A DNA stretch of 24,000 nt from Jaaginema sp. PMC 1080.18 (lineage in GTDB: Bacteria > Cyanobacteriota > Cyanobacteriia > Cyanobacteriales > Spirulinaceae): assembly GCA_035968055.1 (NCBI GenBank), contig JAWQFT010000041.1, positions 4,241 through 28,240 on the forward strand, given 5' to 3'. Under the pieces are notes generated by a model, which was not told the DNA's origin, did not search any database, and saw only the letters and a list, made by a program, of their open reading frames with translations. Of this stretch, positions 1 through 7,260 are shown piece by piece (position 1 is the stretch's first letter; each line of letters begins with the position of its first letter). The position numbers were made by a program, and so were the translations under genes.

Positions 1-327
1 GATAAGTTAGAGAACTTTTTACCGACGATTGAGCAACCTTGCACCTCCCGTAACGATACCGAACGCGAAGTGATGGCTTTAATTGAAAAAGGACGCTATC
101 GCAGTTCGGATTACGACTTGAAAAACTCGCCCCTCACAACGTTTATTGTCAAATACATTGGTTTTGACGAACTGACAGCAGGCTTGAATCACAGCAAAAA
201 ATTCTTCAAGGGTGAAATGAGTTCTGAAGAATTTTTAGCGCAGTGTAACCCAGAAGTTAACGAAATCATTACCAAAGCCATGCTGCGCTTATTCGACAGT
301 CGTAAAGCGGCTTTAGCTCAAGCTTAG
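1..327 (+). CDS. 3' end of an unidentified protein-coding gene (the 5' part lies upstream of the window)
   Basis: Frame 1 is open from base 1: DKLENFLPTIEQPCTSRNDTEREV precedes the M at 70 listed in the ORF track. It ends at TAG 325-327. I do not recognise the family from these 108 C-terminal residues. Confidence 0.55.
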   Translation, partial: DKLENFLPTIEQPCTSRNDTEREVMALIEKGRYRSSDYDLKNSPLTTFIVKYIGFDELTAGLNHSKKFFKGEMSSEEFLAQCNPEVNEIITKAMLRLFDSRKAALAQA

Positions 328-357
328 GGTGATAGGGAAGATATACTCCAATCTTCA

Positions 358-390
358 ACAAAAAACTAGGGATAATAACTATCCCTAGTT
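358..390 (-). terminator. Rho-independent terminator candidate for the minus-strand gene ending at 439
   Basis: Perfect 11-bp inverted repeat AACTAGGGATA (364-374) / TATCCCTAGTT (380-390) with a 5-nt loop. On the minus strand the stem runs into a T-run (the A-run 360-365 on plus). It lies between convergent genes. Confidence 0.6.
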
Positions 391-438
391 GTACAATTCA
401 GCGCTAAAAATTGAAAAAACTGTTAAAAGTAGGCGAAA

Positions 439-966
439 CTACCACAAACCAGGAACTGGCGCTGGAGCAACCGAGGGAGTTGGCATAACCGGAGGAGGAG
501 TGGTGGCACGCGGCGGTAAAGGGGTACTCGGAGTAGTACGTTCTGCGTCCAGTTGCGCCCAAAGATCGCGAGTCCGCGCTCTCAAGTCCGAACCGACGGG
601 TTCGCGCTCAACCATGTAGTTGGGGGGGTTTTCGCAGAGGATGTTCGGGTTGTTGAGACAGTAGAAAGAACTCGGACGGCGCATTTCGTCGTTGACTCCG
701 TAATTTGCCGGGAAATCTTCGCTCAGTCTCAAGGTATCATCGATTTCGGTACACAGAGGCCCGGGATGTTGCGTACACAGGAAGGATTTGACGCGATCGA
801 AATCTACGAAGTCGTGGACGGGATCGTAGGTTTGGGTTTCGGGGGGAGTGTAGGCATCCATGATGTCCATATCTTGGGCGATCGCGGGAGCGGAAACACT
901 CAAGCCAACGCTTAATGCGCCCGCAATACCAAACACAGTTTTTAAGGAGTGGTTATTGAATTGCAT
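439..966 (-). CDS. Secreted hypothetical protein with a duplicated two-Cys motif and a Pro/Thr-rich C-terminus
   Basis: 175-aa ORF. The N-terminus MQFNNHSLKTVFGIAGALSVGLSVSAPAIA/QD looks like a Sec signal peptide with an AxA cleavage site. Motifs SFLCTQHPGPLC and SFYCLNNPNILC are present. The plus-strand ORFs overlapping it lack any such features. Confidence 0.65.
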   Translation of the reverse strand: MQFNNHSLKTVFGIAGALSVGLSVSAPAIAQDMDIMDAYTPPETQTYDPVHDFVDFDRVKSFLCTQHPGPLCTEIDDTLRLSEDFPANYGVNDEMRRPSSFYCLNNPNILCENPPNYMVEREPVGSDLRARTRDLWAQLDAERTTPSTPLPPRATTPPPVMPTPSVAPAPVPGLW

Positions 967-1108
967 CGTTTTTCTGGGGATTTTTAACTAAGCCAATTGT
1001 TTTTAGGTCTGCCTAATATTGTCACAGGCTCACTGAATTGGTCAAGATCGATTAAATTGCTTTTTCTCAAGGGATATTAAAGACAACCATCGGGGGGTTT
1101 TGCTGGAA

Positions 1109-1900
1109 TTATAGCCAACCCCGCAGACTATAAACCCAAATCCCCATATATTCTTTAATGGCTTTGGTGGTGATGTTGAGGGCTTCGAGATCGGGGAAAA
1201 GATTGTAAAGTATTGATTGGGAGCTTTCTTGGCGGCTTTCTAGGTCGCGACGCGCTAGAAAAAAGTCGGTTGGGGCAGGAATCACCTCGAAGTTCTGACG
1301 CTGGAAAATGGCTTGCGATCGCGGTATATGTAAAGCCGAAGTAACCAGTAAAATCTTTTTAATCCCCCGTTTTGACAAAATTTTGCGCGTATTTACGGCA
1401 TTTTGGTAAGTATTGAGGGCTTCGGGTTCTTGGATAATTGCTTCTGAGGGAATCCCCATAAATTCCAGCAACCCGGCTATATCCGTCGCTTCTGGCGTAC
1501 CGCCTCCCAGCCAATGAACTCGCCCCCCCGTTACCAGTATTAGGGGGGCTTTGCCGTCTTTGTAGAGTTTAGCCGCATAAAAGACGCGATCGCCCGCTTC
1601 AGTTACTTCTACCATCGATCGGGGCGGATCGGCGGGACGAGTTGCCCCTCCAAGCAGCACAATCGCTTCAGCTTGAGGTAACTCCCCATCGGGTAAATAA
1701 CGCCATTCGAGCGATCGCGCTAACCTCGTACTCACCCCCGGATTACTGGCAATCAACAACACTAACAACGCCCCCAAAACGGGTAGCCACTGCCACCGCG
1801 ACTTGCGCCATCCTAACCCCAAAGCTATTACCAGCAACACGCAAGCCAATCCCAAGGGATAAATAAATAGGGGCAAAATTTTCGAGAGAAAGAGAAACAT
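1109..1900 (-). CDS. DUF218 family membrane protein (YdcF/ElyC/SanA-like)
   Basis: From MFLFLSKILPLF... there are two N-terminal TM helices, then an AIVLLGGA...APLILVTGG...LLVTSALHIPR pattern typical of DUF218. The first 28 codons of the tracked ORF (QQPTTNN x3) are the TTGGTTG heptamer array read through, so I prefer the ATG at 1900. Confidence 0.85.
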   Translation of the reverse strand: MFLFLSKILPLFIYPLGLACVLLVIALGLGWRKSRWQWLPVLGALLVLLIASNPGVSTRLARSLEWRYLPDGELPQAEAIVLLGGATRPADPPRSMVEVTEAGDRVFYAAKLYKDGKAPLILVTGGRVHWLGGGTPEATDIAGLLEFMGIPSEAIIQEPEALNTYQNAVNTRKILSKRGIKKILLVTSALHIPRSQAIFQRQNFEVIPAPTDFFLARRDLESRQESSQSILYNLFPDLEALNITTKAIKEYMGIWVYSLRGWL

Positions 1901-2104
1901 TTTGTTGGTTGTTGGTTGTTGGTTATTGGTTGTTGGTTGTTGGTTATTGGTTGTTGGTTGTTCGCCAACATCCCCAATGCCCACTACCCAAGACCTACTA
2001 CCTAATCTCCCCCGATTGCCGATTGCCGACTGCCCAAAAAACTGATAACTGATAACTGATGACTGATAACTGAAAAAGCTGCCCCTTAATCGCTGATAAC
2101 TGAA
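1901..2104. repeat. Composite heptamer-repeat (STRR-like) element filling the whole intergenic spacer
   Basis: TTGGTTG/TTGGTTA x8 at 1905-1960, a C-tract region at 1972-2013, CGATTGC/CGACTGC x3 at 2013-2033, AACTGAT x5 at 2040-2073, and the core CTGCCCCTTA-ATCG-CTGATAACTGAA at 2079-2104. Confidence 0.9.
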
Positions 2105-3565
2105 TTAAAACCCCCGATAGGGACTCACCTCAACCACACCATTACGCTCAAAAACCACATTGAAATAAGCCAAAGGTTCTTGCGGAACGCGGCTATCCTT
2201 CCCAATACCCGCCGCTTCGGGGTCAACCAAATCCGGTAGAGGGGTTTCGTCAACAAAGTCGCTGGCTGCTTGATTTTCCGCGACATAATAAGCCACAGTA
2301 CCGTCTTCTAAAATGCCAACGCGAAACGCCAAAGAACGCGAGTAGGTAGCATCTTCCCCTTGTTCGGCGATTAGAGTACGGCGGAGTTGGCGATTCAGAT
2401 TACGCAAAGCACTCTTATTGGTGATTTCCGGGCCGAGGTCAGGTGTACTGGAGTAGCCAAACCAAGGACTCACTTGCAAAACGGTTTTATCCGTAAAAAC
2501 TACGCGAAAATCAGCAATTTCTTCGGGTTGACTCGCCGAAGTTGGAGTATAAATTAAGCCGGGTAGGGGGGTGTCTTCAGCACTGTCCTCGCTAGTTCCC
2601 TTAATGGGTTCGTAGCGCAAAATTGCCCCGTCTCGTCCCACGGAAACGCGATATTCGAGGTTGCGATTGAGGTTTTCGCGATCGCCGTCTTCCCATTCCT
2701 GATTGAGGGTATCGTAGAGATGGCGTTCGAGGTAGCTCAGTTCGGTAGCATCCTCAATTTGGGAAGCGCCAGCGAGGAGGGTTTCGAGTTCTTCTGGGGA
2801 AAGGGGGGTGGCGTTTGAGTCTTCTGGGTCTTCTGTTGCGGTTGAGGGGTCTTCATCTTCGAGATCGGCTTCTGTTCCGGGGGGACTGGCTGTTGCTTCA
2901 CTGAGTTTTTCCTCCTCGCTAACCGCTTCTATTTTGTTTTGGGGCGGTTTGACTTCTTTGGGAGCAGGAATGAGAGAAAATAGTATTGCCGCGATCGCCA
3001 AACTGCTAATTCCGATCGCCGCCGGAGCGATTCGTTGAGCGAGGGGGACATCAGCTTGGCGATAACGTCGGGAAACGGGGGCGATCGCCAAGGTCATATC
3101 CGGTAAAGTATGTTTATCCGTCAGTAGTTGGTCGATGGCTTCTACTAAATCGAATAGCTGTACCGTCGTCAAATCCACCGTCACGGCTTGGGTTGCCACA
3201 CCTCCCGCCGTATCGGCTTCAGGCTGCCAAATTAAGCGATGACGGTCGGGTAAGTCGCTTTTGGCGAAGGAGACCGTACTGTTGGTTTCCGGGTGTGCTG
3301 CGGCGTGATAAATGCCACTGAGGAACTCCTGGGCATAGGCACTCACCACAGTTACCAAACTATCGAGAAAGCTGCGTCCACCCGTGAGAACCACATCTTT
3401 TTCGGGATTTTTGAAACGACATTCAGCGTTGATGAGGGTGGACATGACTCCAGCCAGGCGTTGTTGCCCTCCATCCCCCGCATCCATCAAGCCTTCTAAG
3501 ATTAACTGACAGTTGGGTAAACTGTATTGTCGGCGAATTGTGTTCAAATTAAGCCACCTCTCCAT
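2105..3565 (-). CDS. Cyanobacterial hypothetical membrane-anchored protein, DUF4335-like
   Basis: Long ORF. ATG at 3565 is preferred; the track start at 3568 is TTG. The N-terminal domain starting RRQYSLPNCQLILEG matches my memory of DUF4335 (unverified). One predicted TM helix (aa 181-203), an acidic linker, and a duplicated roughly 70-aa C-terminal module. Confidence 0.8.
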   Translation of the reverse strand: MERWLNLNTIRRQYSLPNCQLILEGLMDAGDGGQQRLAGVMSTLINAECRFKNPEKDVVLTGGRSFLDSLVTVVSAYAQEFLSGIYHAAAHPETNSTVSFAKSDLPDRHRLIWQPEADTAGGVATQAVTVDLTTVQLFDLVEAIDQLLTDKHTLPDMTLAIAPVSRRYRQADVPLAQRIAPAAIGISSLAIAAILFSLIPAPKEVKPPQNKIEAVSEEEKLSEATASPPGTEADLEDEDPSTATEDPEDSNATPLSPEELETLLAGASQIEDATELSYLERHLYDTLNQEWEDGDRENLNRNLEYRVSVGRDGAILRYEPIKGTSEDSAEDTPLPGLIYTPTSASQPEEIADFRVVFTDKTVLQVSPWFGYSSTPDLGPEITNKSALRNLNRQLRRTLIAEQGEDATYSRSLAFRVGILEDGTVAYYVAENQAASDFVDETPLPDLVDPEAAGIGKDSRVPQEPLAYFNVVFERNGVVEVSPYRGF

Positions 3566-4178
3566 CAAATAAACTCATCCACAAACGCTGCAATCCCGCC
3601 GTCCCGGTGCAAAATAGTAATTGATTCAACAGGGACAAAGCGAGTTCGTTGAGGTCTTGGTCATTGGCGTTGTACGCTGCAACTCTAGCCCGACGGGGGT
3701 TCATGCGGCTGCGAAAATGAGCGCGGAAGCGTTCGAGATATTCGGATAGATAGAATTCGCTTTCGATGGGGAGTCCTTTTTCGCGCAGTTTTTGTTCGGC
3801 TAAAAGGAGTTTGCGAATATCTACCATTAACTCACGCGATCGCATTCCGGCCAAGGCCACTAAAACTTTCGCTTCTGCTAGTTTGAGGGGACGACGAGCG
3901 TGGGATCTGCGCCAAGGATTGGTACGTCGCAAACTCCACAAGCCCACGCGACTTTGAATAATATCGGTCAAACCCAGTTCTTGGGTAGCGGCTAACATTT
4001 TCTCCGAAGCACCTAATTCTAAGGCTTCTAAGGCCAGTAATAATAAATCGATGCGTTGCTTAGTTCGCAACGAGCAGCCTTTTTCCCCCACGGGTGGATT
4101 CGGCAAACTTTCTAAAATATAAAGTTTTTGTTGGTCAGGAACAGAATCATTTGCCATTAAACTTATAGAATCACTCAT
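3549..4178 (-). CDS. Cyanobacterial hypothetical protein, DUF3038-like
   Basis: 209-aa ORF starting at ATG 4178. Its 3' end overlaps the next gene's ATG by 17 nt. The helical, Leu/Arg-rich sequence (LLLLALEALELGASEKMLAA...) matches my memory of DUF3038, which commonly sits next to DUF4335 (unverified). Confidence 0.75.
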   Translation of the reverse strand: MSDSISLMANDSVPDQQKLYILESLPNPPVGEKGCSLRTKQRIDLLLLALEALELGASEKMLAATQELGLTDIIQSRVGLWSLRRTNPWRRSHARRPLKLAEAKVLVALAGMRSRELMVDIRKLLLAEQKLREKGLPIESEFYLSEYLERFRAHFRSRMNPRRARVAAYNANDQDLNELALSLLNQLLFCTGTAGLQRLWMSLFDGEVA

Positions 4179-4381
4179 GTTCTAGATCGCACGCAATATT
4201 TTGGAGTCGTTGACTTTTAAAGATTTTAGGATGACTGTCTGGGAATTTACTTTAACCTTTACTCAGGCAAGATAGCCCAACAAATTCAGCCTTAGCGTTT
4301 ACTATTTTTCGGGTTTAGGGATTTTTGCCAGAAAGATTTGATGATAGGCTTATTGGTTATTCTCCTCAATCGAGCTACTCC

Positions 4382-4900
4382 ATGAATATTAGAGATTTAA
4401 TTCGCGATATTCCTGATTTTCCCAAACCGGGAATTTTATTTCGGGACATTACTACTCTTTTACAAGACCCCCAAGGCTTAAGTTACACCATTGATTGTCT
4501 GTATCAAAAGTGTACTGAGGCCGGATTGACCCCGGATTATGTTGTGGGCATTGAATCGCGGGGTTTTATTTTTGCTCCTTCTTTAGCATACAAACTCAAT
4601 GCTGGATTTGTGCCAGTCCGCAAAGCCGGGAAGTTACCCGCCGCCGTGCATACTGTGGAATACGATCTAGAGTATGGTACGGATCGGTTACAAATTCATC
4701 AAGATGCCTTTCCCGCAGGGGCTAAAGTGTTGATTGTGGACGACTTGATGGCAACGGGGGGGACGGCTGCGGCTGCGGCTGAATTGGTTGTGAAGGCAGG
4801 GGGTGAGTTAATTGGCTTGCTGTTTTTAATTGAATTGGTCGCCTTGGGGGGGCGATCGCAAGTTCAAGATGTACCTGTGATAACGTTGGTAGAGTATTAG
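4382..4900 (+). CDS. apt: Adenine phosphoribosyltransferase
   Basis: [32 protein letters not shown] and the PRPP-binding [14 protein letters not shown] motif. ATG 4382 gives the canonical N-terminus; the track start at 4325 is a TTG extension. Confidence 0.93.
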   Translation: MNIRDLIRDIPDFPKPGILFRDITTLLQDPQGLSYTIDCLYQKCTEAGLTPDYVVGIESRGFIFAPSLAYKLNAGFVPVRKAGKLPAAVHTVEYDLEYGTDRLQIHQDAFPAGAKVLIVDDLMATGGTAAAAAELVVKAGGELIGLLFLIELVALGGRSQVQDVPVITLVEY

Positions 4901-4994
4901 CATTGGGGATAATGAAGGCGAGGGAACTGCGCGATCGCTCTTTCGTCTCTTTTGAATCTACAAAAAACGCGATCGCGCTGCTCTCGGATTTTTT

Positions 4995-6044
4995 ATGACT
5001 ACGACTAAAGCAACTGCGTTTCAAGACCGAATTGACGATATTCTGGCTATTTTCACCAGTGAAACTTTTTTATACATTGTTAAGCGTTTACTTCAAGGGT
5101 TATTGACCTTATTTCTGGTTTCGATTTTGAGTTTTGCTTTGATGGAAATTGCCCCAGGGAATGTTTTGGATAAATATAAAAATAACCCCACCATCACCGC
5201 CGAACGCTACGAGGAACTCATCGAACAGTATGCTCTAGATAAACCCGCTCCCACTCGCTACATTAGTTGGCTGGATAATGTAGTGTTGAAGGGAGACTGG
5301 GGTTATAGTATTGAATATTCTAGCCCTGTGGCTTATCTTATCGGTCAGCGTACTTTTAATACACTTTTACTCGCGATCGCGTCGATTATCTTAACCTGGA
5401 GTATCGCCATTCCCCTCGGCATTCTCAGCGCTGTTAAGCAAAATACCTTCATCGATCGCGTCCTCAGGGTGATTAGCTACATGGGACAAGGAATTCCTAG
5501 CTTTATCACCGCTTTGTTCCTACTCTTTCTGGCGCAATATCTTACCCCTTTGTTACCCGTCGGCGGTATGACCAGCGTTAATCATGCCCTATTATCCCCC
5601 GTTGGTAAGGTCTTAGACATCGCCTGGCACATGATTTTGCCCACCCTGGCTTTATCGATTACCAGTTTTGCGGGCTTACAGCGATTAATGCGCGGTCAAC
5701 TTCTCGAAGTCCTGCGCCAAGATTACATCCAAACCGCCCGTTCTAAAGGTTTACCGGAAAATCGCGTCATCTACGTCCACGCCCTCCGCAACGCCATCAA
5801 CCCCTTTATCACGATTCTGGGCTTCGAGTTTGCCAGCTTGTTGAGCGGTTCTTTTATTGCTGAGTTTTATTTTAACTGGCCGGGATTGGGTCGCTTGATT
5901 TTCAATGGACTACTCAATCAAGACCCGAATTTGGTGATGGGAAGTTTGATTATGGGGGCAAGTTTGCTGATTATCGGCAATTTATTGGCAGATTTGCTGC
6001 TGAAGTTCACCGATCCTCGAATTAAGCTGGAAAATCTCAAGTAA
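4995..6044 (+). CDS. ABC transporter permease, peptide/nickel (DppB/OppB) type
   Basis: 349 aa with multiple TM segments, an N-terminal IVKRLLQGLLTLF.., and a binding-protein-dependent transport signature around YIQTARSKGLPENRVIYVHALRNA. Confidence 0.9.
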   Translation: MTTTKATAFQDRIDDILAIFTSETFLYIVKRLLQGLLTLFLVSILSFALMEIAPGNVLDKYKNNPTITAERYEELIEQYALDKPAPTRYISWLDNVVLKGDWGYSIEYSSPVAYLIGQRTFNTLLLAIASIILTWSIAIPLGILSAVKQNTFIDRVLRVISYMGQGIPSFITALFLLFLAQYLTPLLPVGGMTSVNHALLSPVGKVLDIAWHMILPTLALSITSFAGLQRLMRGQLLEVLRQDYIQTARSKGLPENRVIYVHALRNAINPFITILGFEFASLLSGSFIAEFYFNWPGLGRLIFNGLLNQDPNLVMGSLIMGASLLIIGNLLADLLLKFTDPRIKLENLK

Positions 6045-6065
6045 TTGATTGTTGGTTGTTGGTTT
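6045..6065. repeat. Short TTGGTTG-family heptamer array directly after the stop codon
   Basis: TTGATTG TTGGTTG TTGGTTT immediately follows TAA 6042-6044. Confidence 0.8.
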
Positions 6066-6067
6066 TT

Positions 6068-6104
6068 CATAACAGTTGTTATGCTGGAGATAACAACTGT
6101 TATG
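6068..6104. terminator. Perfect 15-bp stem-loop between convergent genes (bidirectional terminator candidate)
   Basis: CATAACAGTTGTTAT (6068-6082) and ATAACAACTGTTATG (6090-6104) are exact reverse complements with a 7-nt loop GCTGGAG. A T-run TTTTT (6063-6067) lies on one side. It sits between the permease stop (6044) and the Uma2 stop (6143). Confidence 0.55.
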
Positions 6105-6142
6105 TAATCTAACTTCTTGACTTTTCCGGCAAAGGACAGACT

Positions 6143-6748
6143 CTAAGCCCAAATTTCTGTCAATTCCAGCGTAAAACTCGGTAATACTGTCTCTCCTGAC
6201 AAGCTTTGCGGTTGTTCTAATTTTTCCACTGCTTGACCCAAACGGTAAATTTCTACTCGCTGATTGTGGGGGTTAATCAGCCAACCTAATGCTGTACCAT
6301 TGTCTCGATACTCTTGCATTTTGGCTTGCAGTTTTTTCAAAGAATCTGTTTTAGAGCGTAACTCTACGACAAAATCGGGACACAATGGGATAAACCCCTC
6401 TCGCTGTTGGGGAGTCAGGGTTTGCCAACGTTCTTGGCGAATCCAAGACGCATCCGGGGAACGATTTGCACCGTTGGGTAACTCAAAGCCTGTAGAAGAA
6501 TCAAAAGCAACACCCAGGCTTTTATGGGCTGCAACCCAGATTCCCAGTTGAGTGTTGATGTTAAAATTTCGCTGACCCGTTTCACCTCCTGTGGGTGGGT
6601 TCACGATGAGTTCTCCTGTCGCAGTTCGTTCTAGTCTCAGTTCTCGATTAGCTGCCGCTAACGCTGTAAACTGTTTGGGTGTAACTTGGAGGGCAATTTC
6701 GCTGGGGAGTTGCAGTAATAGTGGTTTTTGGGGAGGGGAAAGTATCAA
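6143..6748 (-). CDS. Uma2 family (DUF820) putative endonuclease
   Basis: 201 aa. The pattern LRLERTATGELIVNPPTGGETGQRNFNI...SPDASWIRQERW...PDFVVELRSKTDS...KMQEYRDNGTALGWLINP..RVEIYR is typical of the Uma2/DUF820 PD-(D/E)xK-like family, which is expanded in cyanobacteria. The only available start is TTG at 6748. Confidence 0.85.
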   Translation of the reverse strand: MILSPPQKPLLLQLPSEIALQVTPKQFTALAAANRELRLERTATGELIVNPPTGGETGQRNFNINTQLGIWVAAHKSLGVAFDSSTGFELPNGANRSPDASWIRQERWQTLTPQQREGFIPLCPDFVVELRSKTDSLKKLQAKMQEYRDNGTALGWLINPHNQRVEIYRLGQAVEKLEQPQSLSGETVLPSFTLELTEIWA

Positions 6749-6780
6749 TTACCAATTACCAATTATTAATTGCCAATTAT
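6746..6780. repeat. CAATTAC-family heptamer array overlapping the Uma2 start
   Basis: CAATTAC CAATTAC CAATTAT TAATTGC CAATTAT. Confidence 0.8.
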
Positions 6781-6925
6781 AGTGTTTTTATCTCAGGCGT
6801 ACTACTATAACCAACAACTGATAACAAGGCGTTCATCCCTGAATACTGCCGCGACACAGCTAAAATGAGGCTATAAGTAGGGGGCTGTTAGCGTAGCGTA
6901 ACGCACCGAAATACAAGTATTTCCG

Positions 6926-6967
6926 AACAAATAACCAACAACTAACAACCAATAACAAACAACTAAT
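6926..6967. repeat. AACCAAC-family heptamer array abutting the ATG at 6968
   Basis: AACAAAT AACCAAC AACTAAC AACCAAT AACAAAC AACTAAT followed directly by ATG. Confidence 0.85.
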
Positions 6968-7258
6968 ATGTTTAGTCAAACCCATTACTTAATTCGTTCT
7001 AAAAAAGATGGTCGTTACTTGGTGGCTCGGACTCAAAATGGGGGCGAAGATAGTATGGGATACTTGCTGATGTTTCGGGAGCATTTCGACGCTTTGAGTT
7101 ATCTGAATACTCACGGTAGCGGTGTGAGCGATCGCTTTGGGGTAGAATCAGTTTCGGGAACGCAACTTAAGGGTTTATTGCAGCGTTGGGGTTTTCAGGG
7201 GTTAGGTTTGGTAGAAGACCCCCTTGTGCCTCAGATTAAGTTTTTGACGGCGGATTAG
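6968..7258 (+). CDS. Small conserved-looking hypothetical protein (96 aa), possibly DUF3110-like
   Basis: The ORF stops at TAG 7256-7258, 2 nt before the GH38 ATG, which suggests coupling. The layout YLIRSKKDGRYLVAR...YLLMFREHFDALSYL...VESVSGTQLKGLLQRWGF weakly resembles DUF3110 proteins from memory. Confidence 0.6.
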   Translation: MFSQTHYLIRSKKDGRYLVARTQNGGEDSMGYLLMFREHFDALSYLNTHGSGVSDRFGVESVSGTQLKGLLQRWGFQGLGLVEDPLVPQIKFLTAD

Positions 7259-7260
7259 GC

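Noticed and set aside
389-915. Plus-strand ORFs 389..619 and 553..915
   Set aside because: They lie antisense to a minus-strand ORF that has a clear signal peptide and motif structure. Their translations are Gly/Arg/Val-rich low-complexity sequence, typical of the reverse frame of a GC-rich gene.
1905-1960. Heptamer arrays as a possible CRISPR array
   Set aside because: The units are 7 nt and directly tandem with no unique spacers, and no cas genes are present. These are STRR-like microsatellite arrays, not CRISPR.
1901-1984. N-terminal 28 codons of the tracked 291-aa ORF (MGIGDVGEQPTTNNQQPTTNNQQPTTNK)
   Set aside because: This is the TTGGTTG heptamer array read in frame. The family-typical N-terminus and first TM helix begin at the internal ATG at 1900.
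4325-4381. Non-ATG 5' extensions in the ORF track (apt TTG 4325, tatA GTG 11139, sugar permease TTG 20751, lptA-like TTG 14410, DUF4335-like TTG 3568)
   Set aside because: In each case an in-frame ATG a little downstream gives the family-typical N-terminus: PRTase start, TatA TM helix, permease first TM, or signal peptide.
4722-5024. 100-aa minus-strand ORF antisense to the apt 3' end
   Set aside because: It overlaps apt and the permease start. The translation is Ser/Pro-rich with no features.
6884-6907. GCTGTTAGCGTAGCGTAACGCACC, and GTAAGGGCTGGCGATGCCCACCCTAC at 15124-15149, as possible dispersed repeat, tRNA-fragment or MITE remnants
   Set aside because: Each occurs only once in the window and forms only imperfect hairpins. 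They remind me of short dispersed cyanobacterial repeats, but I cannot verify that without a genome-wide search.
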